Shown: positions 50,051 to 62,558, counted from the stretch's first letter. The stretch is 64,000 nt of DNA from Octopus vulgaris (GCA_951406725.2 OX597814.1:86924001-86988000); one strand, 5' to 3'. The notes: generated by a model from the sequence alone, not told the origin. Numbers and translations: made by a program.

Positions 50051-50658
50051 CCTCACCAGATTGTACCACAGACTGTACCACAGACTCTAGGCTACTATTT
50101 TTTCAGCTTTATATTTTATGGTCTAAGAGGAAATAACTTTAATCCCTCAACTTCTTTCTGTTTTCTTTTTTTGTTATCTGGTTTTTCAACCTTCCACTTT
50201 TTATATCTACTTCTTTCTTGCTTTTTCTCACAGCCTATTGTCCCATTTTTAGTTTGTTATACCATGTTGGCCATATCTGAAAATTGTGCTAAGATACCAG
50301 ACATGTTAAAAAATACTGTGTAGCATGCTCTGAACACATGAAAGTAGTAGTAGCACATAAAAACATACTGTGTCTATTAAATATATATATACATTTATAT
50401 AGAAATATGATACAGGGATCTGAGTGTAGGAGGTTCATAAGCTTGAAGCTGTGAGTGGCAGTATAGAGAACAAAAAGTGGACAATATATAAGAAACAATA
50501 ATATTTTATTGGCATCAAAAGTTAAACACTTTTTCCCAAATCAAAGTTTGAGGAAATCTGATAGTTCCTATATAGCTCACCATTAGCATCTAGAGCTGCT
50601 ACAAATATGAATAAAAGTCCAAATTGAGGGAGACATACACATATATAAATAAGCATAC

Positions 50659-50689
<31 letters not shown>

Positions 50690-52027
50690 TCATGTGTGTG
50701 TGCATGCACACAAACATATGTGAGTGTATTTAGTATATCTTGTGTGTACAGTTAGATGTATTACTGCCACTGTTGAGTTTAGAGCCCCACATAAATTATC
50801 ATCATCTAGTCTACTTCCAATATAGTGGTGTGTGTGTGATTATTACTATATTTAGTAGTATCACTAATTATAATATGCAGAACAAGTGTAGGAGAAATTA
50901 TGATTAGACAAGTTCATACCATGTATTCCTCATGTATCCTGCACTGTTGTGGCTATTTGCAAACTCTCCATTGGATATTGACTTTTTTTTATACATGCTA
51001 GGCCACTGGTAGTGAAATTTCTAAAAAAATCACTACCCTATATATTTTATGTATATGATTTTAGCATTTTAGAAGATTAGTTCAGTATTTTATCATTTGC
51101 TGCCAACTGAAACTGTGCTTGTGCAGTGAATTTGAAAAATTATAATATATAATGATGAGACATGTGTTATTTGTCTCTAAATTATATGTAAATGTTATGG
51201 CGCGGTCATTGATGAGAATTTCGCCTAGCAAATTATTTTATTTGCTAAATAAAATTTGAAACCTCGGTATGACCATAATAAAATAACAAGGTAAAAGTTT
51301 TTATTTTTTATTCTCTTTGAAAATTGCTCTTAAATGTGGTTTTGGTTGTTTTGACTGCTTCTTCTAGTGTGTAAAACTGCCTGTTAAAGGTAGTTTCTCT
51401 TGTGTTTAAATGTACACTATTTTATATAGTGTGTGTATGTGTGTGTGTATGTATAAGAAAAAGAAGATGGAGAAATTGACATGCAGACATCAATTTACTG
51501 AAACAAATCCAATTTCGAACAATATCAAATTCATAAATCCTACAATCGTTTCCGTGCCCAATTAATTCAAATTAGAAAAATTAAATTAGAGATTCATAGT
51601 GAATATAGTTAATTGAACATTTTGTCAAGGTCAGCACTTGATAGAAAAAGGAATTACATCCCAATGTGTTGATATATCATTTGTAAACTCGGCATTAAAT
51701 CCAGATATGTGTGTTTATGCATTCTAATATATTTAAAAAAAAAACATTAATTGCGTATATGCAATTTTGTTTTAGTATATTTGTGTGCATGCGTGTGTTA
51801 ATATGTAGAAAAACAAAGGAGCCATTAGGTTACCTAAACAATATTTTTGATACAGTTAATTGTAATTAAAATCATTTATTCCTAATTTTCATTATTACTT
51901 GTGAGAGTACAAAATGTCAGCAAAGTTTTTAATTATTTAAGGATTACATTGTAAGTCACCTAGTTAAAACTGACGAACCTGGATGCTGACATCCCTTTAA
52001 GAGGTATTCATATCCTTGAAACAATTA

Positions 52028-52215
<188 letters not shown>

Positions 52216-52223
52216 ATAAATTA

Positions 52224-53467
52224 CTAGCAGTATCGCCCGGCATTGCTCGGGTTGTAAGGGAAATAACTATATAAGCATTTTTAGAGAGTTATAGCCAAAA
52301 AATAGCAAAAAAATGCATTAAAAATTGAAAAAAAATTAAGGTAAATTTTTTTTTTAAATCGTTGACACATCGTAGATATTTTTAGAGAGTTACTTCCCTT
52401 ATATAAAAGCGAAAAAAATGCATTAAAATGGAAAAATATGATGGTAAATTTTTTTTAAATCGTAGACTCATCGTAGACGCACGCTAATACCCAGAAGGGC
52501 TCGATATGAATCACGACTATAAGATACCCGCTTTTGGTTAAACTGCACCGCAAAATGTGGGAGTAGTTACGAATCTAAACCGTTGGAGACAGACACACAA
52601 CTTCACTCTTATATAAAGATGCTTTTTTTTTCAGTCATAGAGTTAGATTTATGAAGGTCTTCAGTAGAAAATCCTTCGAATTCTGACTCGCTGCTTGATA
52701 TAATGAAATTCGTATCCATTTTTTGTCAGAATTACAAATTTTGAAAACACAATAGGAACAAATTTCGGAAAAAAATCTCCCATAATTGACGGAATTAAAA
52801 TTACACTTCGATTTTTGTACAAAACTGTATTTGAAGTGTTTACGAAGTATAATACGTGTTTTCACGAATGTACTAAAGAGATTTACTCTGATATTCTCAT
52901 TTAAATATGAATAGGTAAATTCGGGCGGTTTGGTAACGAAAGGGTTAAACGGATGCATACATAACTATATATAAGTGTCGTCTGTTTATACATAAACACT
53001 GTTTCATACTTTCAGTTTAGTCTTCCTCAAATCACTCTGTCGCTATTTACTCTCTTCCAAGAACATTTTCACTCACTCTTATCTCTTAGCTTGCCATACA
53101 TTTTACTCATGTATCTATCAGCGTGATAGACAGAAACAAATATTACATCGCCATCGCCATCGCATTCTATTGTCTACCTGTCAACACACACAGTGAATTA
53201 GTTTCACTTTATTCGCTGCACACTGTGTGTGTGCGTTTGCGTGTGCTGTAAACCAGACTAAGAAAAGCATTTGACATACACACCAGAATGTGAGTTTTCT
53301 GTAAATTTTGCTTAATTGGAGTTTAAATTTTAAAAACTGGACCTGGCATGACCCGATGCATTCTACTCTTAAAAATGCTAGGTAAATTGTAATTGAAGAA
53401 ATCCTATATTGTAGATTCTATAAGTGACAAAGGGAGGCAGATAAAATCTGCCTTTTATAATAAGAGA
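52224..53467 (-). mobile_element. Composite non-autonomous Helitron (inner unit 52224-52619)
   Basis: 3' end on minus: CCCGAGCAATGCCGGG-8nt-CTAG|T, nearly the same as 11465-11492. 5' ends A|TCTTTATATAAGAG (52619) and A|TCTCTTATTATAAAAGGCAG (53467). The flanks rejoin as TTTTATAAATTA|TTCTATAATT, matching TTTTACAAATTATTCTATAATT at ~53957-53978. Confidence 0.8.
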
Positions 53468-54173
53468 TTCTATAATTATATACATAATTATAACAAGGGG
53501 TCAGCTATGTGCCTCACCATGTACTAAATTAGAAATAGACACTAATGTATTTTTTACTACCATAAATCTTCAAGAAAATAACACACTTTTAATGTAGGCA
53601 AAAGTAAAAAGATGAGTTAAGATGAATTAACAAGGCCGTTGTTAATTGCAGATGCATTTCAAACCTAAAGTAAAACATAATTACCTATTGTTTTCTTCAG
53701 CGTAATATTCCTGATAAATTCACAAGTATTTTTTTAGATATGCATCTGATCAAGTGACATCGTATAACTGATATCTATCAGCACTCATAAAAATATGCAA
53801 CCGAGTACAATTTATACCCATGTGTGTGTTACGACCTATACTGCAGAAAAAATGCAGGTTCGACCATGGAGTGAATTTTAATTTAAATAATATAACGTAA
53901 AATCAGTAATAATTTTACCAAGTAGTCAGTACGTAAATAAAAACCTTTCAGGTAAATTTTACAAATTATTCTATAATTATATACATAATTATAACAAGGG
54001 GTCAGCTATGTGCCTTGTCAAATACTGAATTAGAAATAGGTGCTAATGTCTTTTTTACTACCATAAAATCTCTGAGAAAATAACACACTTTTAATGAAGG
54101 CAAAAGAAAAAAGATGAACATTATTTACATTATTTACATTTGATGGATATTTGTCCTCATCTTGTTTGTTGTT

Positions 54174-54219
54174 AACACAATATTTCAGCTGATATACCCT
54201 CCAGCCTTCATCAGGTATC
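54174..54219 (-). ncRNA. Minimal type I hammerhead ribozyme motif (left arm)
   Basis: GATAC-CTGATGA-A-GGCTG-GAGGGTATAT-CAGCT-GAAA-TA-TT-GTGTT: intact CUGAUGA and GAAA cores, stem I GAUAC/GUGUU, stem II GGCUG/CAGCU. Confidence 0.6.
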
Positions 54220-54360
54220 TTGGGGAAATTTCGAACCTAAGTTCTCATTCCTAAGGCATTTTTCGATATTATTATTATTATTATTCAAGTCACTGCCTGG
54301 AATTGAACTTGGAATCTTGGGTTTGTAGCCCGTGCTCTTAACCACTACACTACAGCATAC

Positions 54361-54414
54361 GGCATAGTGGTTAAGAGCATGGGCTACTAACCCCAAGATT
54401 CCAAGTTCAATTCC
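54361..54414 (+). promoter_or_regulatory. tRNA-like Pol III A/B box head
   Basis: GGCATAGTGGTTAAGAGC (A box/D arm), GGGCTACTAACCCC (anticodon-like arm), AGTTCAATTCC (B box); mirrored on the minus strand at ~54298-54350. Confidence 0.7.
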
Positions 54415-54424
54415 ATAAGTGACT

Positions 54425-54476
<52 letters not shown>

Positions 54477-54534
54477 TAATAACAGCATCGAAAAATACCT
54501 TAGGAATGAGAAGCCAGGTTCAAAATTTCACCAG

Positions 54535-54580
54535 GACACATGATGAAGGCTGGAGGGTATATCAGCCGAAACGTTGTGTT
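54535..54580 (+). ncRNA. Minimal hammerhead motif (right arm, C3 substituted by A)
   Basis: GACAC-ATGATGA-A-GGCTG-GAGGGTATAT-CAGCC-GAAA-CG-TT-GTGTT; palindromic ACGU at stem III. Confidence 0.55.
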
Positions 54581-54899
54581 AACAACAAACAAGATGAGGA
54601 CGGATATCTGTTAAATGTATATAATGTACATAACTCCTCATCTCTTAAATATAGAACTGAAAAAAGATGAGTTAAGATGAATTAACAAGGCCATGGTTAA
54701 TTATGTATATAATTATAGAATAATTTGTAAAATTTACCTAAATGGCTTTTATTTATGTACTGAGTACTTGGTAAAATTATTACTGATTTTACCCTATATT
54801 ATTTAAATTTATGTATCTATGCATGTATGTATGTATGTATGTATGTATGTATGTATGTATGTATGTATGTGTGTATGTATCTATGTGTATGTGTGTCTG

Positions 54900-55462
54900 T
54901 ATGTATGTATCTATGTGTGTGTGTGTCTGTGTTTGACCCCCCCCCTCACTGCTTGGCAACTGGTGTTCGTGTGTTTACATTCCCATAACTTAGTGGTTTG
55001 ACAAAAGAGACTGATAGAATAAGTAGTAGGTTTAAGAAATAAGTACCAGGTCGATTAAAACCCTTGAAAGGTGATGCTCTAGCATGGCTGCAGTCAAATG
55101 ACTGAAACAAGTAAAATAATATAAGTACAAAAGAATAGTTCTATCATTTCCTTTTTTAAGATGGTAGAATGTGAGCCAAGTGAGATTTAGCTGCTATTTT
55201 AGGTTTACTGATGATATATATGTTCTTTTATTCTTTTACTTGTTTCAGTCATGTGACTGTGGCCATGCTGGAACACTGCCTTTTAGTTGGAGAAATTGAC
55301 CCCTGGACTTATTCTTTGTAACCCTGGTGCTTATTCTATCGGTCTCTTCTGCTGAACTGCTAAATTACTGGGATGTAAACATACCAACATCGGTTGTCAA
55401 GCAATGGTGGTGGTGGGGAGACAAACACAGACACAAACACACACACATAAATATATACATGC

Positions 55463-55522
<60 letters not shown>

Positions 55523-56015
55523 TCTTTCAGTTTCTGCTTATCAAATCCACTTACAAGGCTTTGGTTGGCCTGAGGCTATATAGTAGAAGACACTTGCCTT
55601 CAGTGCCATGCAGTGGGATTGAACCCGGAACCATGTGATTGGGAAGCAAGCTTTTTACCAAACAGGATGGGTTTCTTATAGTTTCCATCAACTAAGTCCA
55701 TTCACAAGGCTTTGGTCAACACAAGGCTATATTAGAAGACACTTGCCCAAGGTGCCATGCAGTGGGACTGAACCTGGAACCATGTGATTGGGAAGCAAGT
55801 TTCTTACCACACACACACACACACTAACATACATGCACCCCCACACACACACATAATGGCATTCTTTTAATTTCTGTCTACCAAATCCACTCACAAGCCT
55901 TTGATCAGCCTGGGGCTATAGTAGAAAACACTTGCCCAAGGTGCAACACTGTGGGGTTGAAATCAGAACTATGTGGTTGGGAAGCAAACTTCTTACTACA
56001 TAGCTACACCTGCAC
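54900..56015. mobile_element. Cluster of SINE family A copies (one + body, one - full copy, two extra - heads)
   Basis: + body to ~55120; - copy ~55222-55662; head repeats at ~55665-55810 and ~55855-56015. Confidence 0.8.
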
Positions 56016-56394
56016 CTATATGTGTGACATGAGGGAAATTTGGCTATTATTTCTTATATATGGGGTAAAACTAAAAGGCTCTTTCATTTGCTTATTGACT
56101 GAAAGTTATTGTTTCTCTCCATGTTGTATATGCCATGTGTTTAGACAGTATGTCTTCATCAAACTTCTATTTTGGGGTAAATAGAAATTAAAGTTTTGTT
56201 AAAAAATGTCAACTTCCATTCAAATACCATAAATAATAGTTCATGTAATTAAACAAAGTTATTTAAAGTAATTTATTTAATCACAATACATGACTTATAC
56301 ACAATGACATCATAATGTACATTTTATTTAATATCTTAAAATACTGAAACAAAACAAAAACCTCCATTAAATCACACAGTCACACATATTCATG

Positions 56395-56430
<36 letters not shown>

Positions 56431-56473
56431 AATATCAACCCGGGACCTACATATATATATATATATATATATG

Positions 56474-57819
56474 CATCATCATCATCATCATTTAACGTCT
56501 GCTTTCCATGATGGCATGGGTTGTACAGTTTGACTGAGGACTAGCAAGCCAAGAGGCTACACCAGACTCCAATCTGATCTGGTAAGGTTTCTACAGCTGG
56601 ATGCCCTTCCAAATGCTAACCACTCCTAGAGTGTAGTGGATGCTTTTTATGTACCACTGGCATGGGGGTCAATCAGGTGGCACTGGCATTGACCACACTC
56701 AAATGGTGCTTTTTATGTGCCACTGGCATGGAACCAGTCAGGAAACACTGGCATTGGCCATGCTCGTATGGTACTTTCTATGTGCTATCAGCACGGATGC
56801 CAGTCAAGTGGTACTGGCATTCAGCCACAACAATTTTGCTTGACTCAACAGGTCTTCTCAAGCACAGCATATTGGCCAATGATTAAAGGATACTCTTAAA
56901 TGGGCTAGTTATGCGACACTGGCAGAAGCCACAGTTACAATCTCACTTGGCTTGCCAGGTCTTCTCGAGCACAGCATATCTCCAAAGATCTTGGTCGCTT
57001 GTCATTGCCTCTGTGAGGCCCAATGTTCAAAGGTTGTGCTTCCCCACTTCATCCCAGGTCTTCTTGGGTCTACCTCTTCCACAGGTTCTCTCCACTGTTA
57101 GGGTGTGACACTTCTTCACACAGCTGTCCTCATCCATACATAACACATGACCATACCAGTGCAGTAGTCTTTCTTGCACACCACACCTGATGCTTCTTAT
57201 GGCCAATTTGTCTCTCAGGGCACTTACACTGTTGTGTATGCACACCAACATTACACATCCAGCAGAGCATACTAGCTTCATCTGTTTCAAGCCTACACAT
57301 GTCCTCAGCAGTCACAGCCCATATTTCACTGCTGTGTAGCATGGCTGTTTGCACACATGCATTATACAGTATACCTTTCACTCTGAGCAACAGGTCCTTT
57401 GTTACCAGCAGAGGTAGGAGCTCTCTGAATTTTACCCAAGCTATTCTTATTCTAACAGCTATGCTACTGACTTGATCACCTAGGTAACTGAAGCAATCAG
57501 CTACTTCTAGTTTTTCAGTTTTTTCCCCTGGCATGTGATGGAATCTGTTTTCTGTACATCTTCGGTATTTATTGCTCCTGTGCATATGCCACACACAAAA
57601 ACTATCTTCCCAGTTAGCCTTCCTTGATATTGCTGCACCTCTTATGTGTCCATAGCTTACACTGAGTACATCTTATGAAGTTTCTACTTATGCCTTTTTA
57701 CAGATCAAACACGGCCATCTACCTGAAGGGATTTGTGATTTGTCTGCCTTCCTGCCTACTAAAACTTTGGCTTTTGCTAGAATGACTCTAAGGCCCGTCA
57801 ATTCTAAACTGTGCTTCCA
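56474..57819 (-). mobile_element. RTE-PHD LINE copy
   Basis: (CAT)n tail, GRGRPKKTWDEV, WVKFRELLPLL, degenerate PHD region at ~57585-57715. Confidence 0.9.
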
Positions 57820-58087
57820 CTGTACTTAAAATATTGCAGCTGAGAATAACATTTTTAAAATTAAAATTGTATTAGGTAAATTTGAGATAATCTATTTTAT
57901 TTATTATGAGAATCTAAAAAACAAGTAAATCTTTAAAAACATGGTACAAAAATAATCAAAAATTAATTGAAATAAAGGTTTTTTTAAAAAATCATGTCTT
58001 GTGAAATGTACAGTTAAAATAGTCATTTCATTTAGTTGTATTAAATACAAACAATAAAATATGAAGTTGTAAATAATATTGCACAAT

Positions 58088-58821
58088 GACAGAGTGAAAG
58101 CACCCTGAGAGAAAAGTTGGACATCAGAACCATCAGAAGTGGTGTGCAAGAGAGACAACTGTGCTAGTATGGTTATATGTTGTGTATGGATGAGGACAGT
58201 TGTGTGAAAAAGTAGAGGGAATCTGTGGAAGAGGTAGACCCAGGAAGACCTGGTTTGAGGTGGTAAAGCATGATCTTCGAATGCTGGGCCTCACGGAGGC
58301 AATGACAAGTGACTGAGACCTTTGAAGATATGCTGTGCTTGAGAAGACCCTGCAAGCCAAGTGAGACCATAACCATAGCCTATGCCAGTGCAGTATAACC
58401 AGCCCATTTAAGAGCACCCTCAATCATTGGGCAATAAACTGTGCTTGCAAAGACCTGTTGAGTCAAGTGAAGTCATTGTTTTGGCCGATGCCAGTACCGC
58501 CTGACTAGCATGTAAAAAGCACCATTCAAGCATGGTCATTGCCAGTGTCGCTTGACTGGCTCCCGTGCCAGTGACATGTAAAAAGCATCATGTGAGCATG
58601 GTTGATGCCAGTACTGCTTGATTGGCCTTCATGCTGGTGGCACATAAAAAGTACCCACTAAACTCTTGGAGTGATTAGTGTTAGGAAGGGCTCCAGCTGT
58701 AAAAGGTTTGCCAGATCAGATTGGAGCCTGGTGCAACCTTCTGGCTTGCCAGCCCTCAGTGAAACCATCCAACCCATGCCAGTTTGGAAAGCGGATGTTA
58801 AATGACAATGATGATGATGAT
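58088..58821 (+). mobile_element. RTE 3' fragment
   Basis: GRGRPRKTW coding region, 3' UTR subrepeats, (TGA)n tail. Confidence 0.9.
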
Positions 58822-59134
58822 TTTTTTTTTCACATAAACTGAAATCCCATTACAAAAAAAAAAACATTGATTGCAGTAGAATGGTCATTAAATGGTTTCA
58901 AATCAACTATATGCTTAATCAATTCTTCCTTATTAAAAAAAAAACTTAATCTGACAAATAAATCCTAAGTAAAATTTATTAGTTAGCATTAACACAGTAG
59001 AATTAGCCTAATTCATCTTTGGTTAATTTGTTACTTCACCTAATTTGTCACTTTCAATTTTCTCCTTGGGATGACTAATTAGGCAATTTCTACTGTATTT
59101 TTAAAAATTAATTGTATGTTATTTCATTTTTAAA

Positions 59135-59288
59135 ATACTGCTTTTTCCAAAAATAAGCCCATGGGCTTAAATACAACCTTTAATAATTTTTTTTCTGAAA
59201 ATAGCAAAAATTACTGGGGCTATACATGAAAAGAGTTTCTGAATATAAGCTTAAAATCAGATAGGCTTATTTTTGGGAAAACCCAGTA
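59135..59288. mobile_element. pogo/Tigger-like MITE
   Basis: TACTG.TTTTTCCAAAAATAAGCC vs GGCTTATTTTTGGGAAAACCCAGTA, TA-flanked. Confidence 0.6.
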
Positions 59289-60309
59289 ATGTTTCTATAA
59301 TTTTTGTTTTAATAAAATATAGTAAATTTTTAAAATGTATTCTTGGCTGCAATATTTTAAGTACAGTAGAATTTTAATTTTAAGTACTTTTTAGTTTCCT
59401 TTAGGTGATGAATTAAGCAAATACCACTATTTCTAATCTTTCATGAAAAAGATTTTTAGTCATAGGAAAATATTACTTGCTTCGAAGCAGGAGGTGAGGG
59501 TTAGGGACAGGATGGACATCAGGCTGTAGTAAATCTACTTCAACAAATTCTGTCTTTTCCCAGATTGGAAAAGTGAATTTTAAATGTTGCTCATAGTGAA
59601 TTTCAGGATGATGATGGTGAATCCTCCTATTTCATGTCCTTCATTCACATACAAGAACCAACTCACAACACTTATCAAAAGCATTAGAAAATACTCCCCA
59701 ATACCACTAATTCACAGTTACTCTTGTGTATATATATTCAAATACACATGTAAACATCACACATACAGTAGCAAATATTTAAATACTTTAACATAGTCAT
59801 ACACAATGTTATAGCATGCACGAGGAAAAAATCTTTCATTTTAGTTTGATGTTGACCACTCCTGCCTCATATGATGGTTTATAAAACAGGAACTGTATAA
59901 TAATGGATAATTGGCCAACAAAAGAAAATTTTCCAAAGTAGTAATTGTTTTTTTTTTTTTAATTGTTTCTAACTTAAGTAGTCATTTCTGTTTTTCTAAT
60001 TTGTTAGCATCTAATATCTTTGAAATTTATTGTAAATTGTGTTGAACAGCTAAATGCCTTTCCAGCTTTAAACTAGTGAGTTTTGAAAATTTTCAGCACA
60101 CAAAATAATGTATCTTATGTAAGGACATAATACTTGTATCAGTACATTCCCCGTATTATCATTCAACATTTATATTTCTATATCAACTCTTTAATGTAGA
60201 AAAGCAAGGAATATAAATAATTGTGATTAGATATTCCATTTTTGTGTTTATTTCTGAGCATTGGAAACAATTAAAAATAAAGCTACTTTCTTAAAATGTT
60301 TATTAATGT

Positions 60310-61544
60310 AAGAGATAAAAAGTTCATAGGCTGACCAAGATATTCTTATGGAATGTGACCAAATGAGATTCATTTTTCAACATAGTTCCCCTTGCAGCGC
60401 ACACACTTCTTCCATCAGTGTTGCAGTGCTTGGATCCCATTGGCGAAGAAGCTTTCGTCCTGTTGGTAAAAAAGTCAACAACAGTAGACATGATGTCATC
60501 ATCACTGTGGTACTGGTTCCTAGCCAAGTGCTTTTTTTTTTATATATTGGGGAATAGATGATAGTCAGATGGGGTCAAATCAGGGGAATAAGAATAGTGA
60601 TCAACCACAGCAGACATTGACACCAAGGACTTGTGTATTGGAGCATTGTCCTGATGAAACAAAACAACTTTCATCAGCTTTCCTGGGCATTTGATCTTGA
60701 GAGCCTTTTGTAACTGCCTCAGCATGTTGGCATAGTACTCTCCATTGATGGTGTGGGCCTTTTAAAGATAGTCAATAAACACAATGCCTTTTGCATCCCA
60801 ATAATGCTAAGGCCATCACTTTCCCTACAAATGAAACCTTGATCTTCCTTGGAGCAGATAAGGAGGGATGTTTCCACTGCAAAGATTATCTCTTCATCTT
60901 TGGCTCAAAGTGATGAACCCAGCACTCATCTTGGGTTAGGAAATGTTCAAAGAAACCAGCTGGATCTGATTGAAACAATGTTAGATTTTGTCATCATGTG
61001 ATCAGCCTGGTGCACTTTTGATCAGATGTCAGATGTGATACCCACCGAACAGAAATCTTTATGTCAAGATCATTGAGTACAATATTCTCAACTCTCTCAC
61101 AGGATATACTAATAGCATTGGCTATTTGATTTATAGCCAATTGCCTATCATTCATCGACATGTGGTGAACACAATGTTTTACTCGGTAGTGGCAGGATGT
61201 CCAGACATTGGGTTATCTTCAAAACTTTCCCTACCCCTCTGAAATTCAGCTGTCCACTTTTGCACAGTTGATAAAGCTGGTGCATTATCCCTTAATGCAG
61301 CAATCATGTCAGAATGAATGTCCATGGGGTGGGTGGGCCAAACCCTTTTTCTGCATGTACATAATAACACCACAAGCCAAATTTTTTCGATTTTCAGAAG
61401 TTACTACTGAAGTCTTCTTTGAACAGTTAGATGTCAGTTTGCCAGTTATTAATAAGAAAAGTTGAAATTAATGCATGTAAGATTTCACAGCTATATCATC
61501 ATTCCTTCATAATCACCCTATGAACTTTTCAGTCTACCCTTGTA
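60310..61544 (-). mobile_element. Near full-length decayed mariner element
   Basis: TIR remnants AAAAGTTCATAGG / CCTATGAACTTTTCAGTCTACCCTTG-TA; peptides TVQKWTAEFQRGRESFEDNPMSGHP, LFHQDNAPIH, YSPDLTPSDYHLFP. Confidence 0.9.
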
Positions 61545-61832
61545 TAAACCCACAGGAGAACTCAAATGCAGTACTGTGACTTAAAAAACTTATCAAAGTT
61601 TTATGTTGCTGTACCATTTACAATAGTGAGCCATTCCACATGTCACATGTGGACTATGCTACATTATGGTGAGCAATTCTATACAATAAGGCTGGCTAAT
61701 CTCTGCAGAAATGAAAAATAGGAATTGTTATGATCATGTCATTTCCCAAGTAAACTAGTGATGTATATGAAGTGAAATAACTACAAGTGTGAACTAAAAT
61801 CAGGTCACTGTTTTGGCTTGCTAAAAACTTAC

Positions 61833-62036
61833 CTTCTACTCAAACTGTTTCAGAGTGGTTGACATCAGGATTATTAATAAACATCTGTATTGCCATATGA
61901 ATATAGGCTGATTGCTTCTGTGAATTTCAGTATATGTAGAAATTGGTGAAACAATAACTAATACAGTAACCAGAATATATCCAATATTAATCACACACTT
62001 GTGGAAGAGTAATATCTCCATTTTACAACAGGTCAA
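61833..62036 (-). other. Candidate spliced exon containing a short hydrophobic ORF
   Basis: Acceptor TATTTGTTTCAG| and donor AAG|GTAAGT; internal AAAATGG start, MEILLFHKCVINIGYILVTVLVIVSPIST..., with a stop 3 nt before the donor. Confidence 0.35.
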
Positions 62037-62081
62037 CTGAAACAAATAGACTGATGTGCCTTGCCTAAGATGATATATTCA

Positions 62082-62552
62082 TATATATTTGAAAAAAAAT
62101 GAATAGAAACGGCTTTTCTGATAATTTTTCCATTTTAATTATTAAATGTTTATAACTTTACAAGCGGTGACTCTGATAGGAGCTTCTTGCTTAAAAGCAG
62201 TTTATATCCCCATACATATATATATGTGTATGAATATATGTGAATAAATACCCGTGTTTGCATTTCTCTGCATGTATGTATGTGTAAAGTCCTATGTTTT
62301 TGTGCGTTTGTGTATGTACATGTATGTCTCTCTATATGTGTTTATGTATGGGTAAATGTATATGTGTGTGTGTTTGTATGTTTGTAATTAAATACTCCCT
62401 ATTTAAACAGTGAATAACAAACTCTAAAATATCAGTTTGAAAACTGCTTTTAATGAGAAACTCTTATCAGAGTCACCTCTTGTAAACTTATAAACATCTA
62501 ATTATTAAAGTGGAAAAATTATCAGAAAAGCCATTTGTATTCCTTTTTATCA

Positions 62553-62558
<6 letters not shown>
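62082..62558. repeat. Inverted repeat (~120-bp arms) around a TG/TA-rich core
   Basis: GGCTTTTCTGATAATTTTTCCA...GGTGACTCTGATA...AAAAGCAGTTT is inverted at ~62441-62558. Confidence 0.85.

Larger units (their letters stand above)
54118..54658. mobile_element. Head-to-head tRNA-headed, hammerhead-bearing retroelement with a 12-bp TSD
   Basis: TSD GAAAAAAGATGA at 54106-54117 and 54659-54670; inverted arms 54118-54350 and 54361-~54630; each arm is tRNA-like head, (AAT)n, hammerhead motif. Confidence 0.85.
53468..54810. repeat. Tandem plus inverted duplication block
   Basis: 53468-53647 is repeated at 53969-54117 plus 54671-54702; ~53879-53990 is inverted at ~54698-54809. Confidence 0.8.
57819..59367. 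mobile_element. TIR element containing a nested RTE copy and a MITE
   Basis: ACTGTACTTAAAATATTGCAGC.GAGAATA at 57819 is inverted at ~59335-59367. Confidence 0.65.

Noticed and set aside
54361-54414. Functional tRNA gene
   Set aside because: No acceptor stem; embedded in a TSD-flanked insertion; treated as a SINE-like head.
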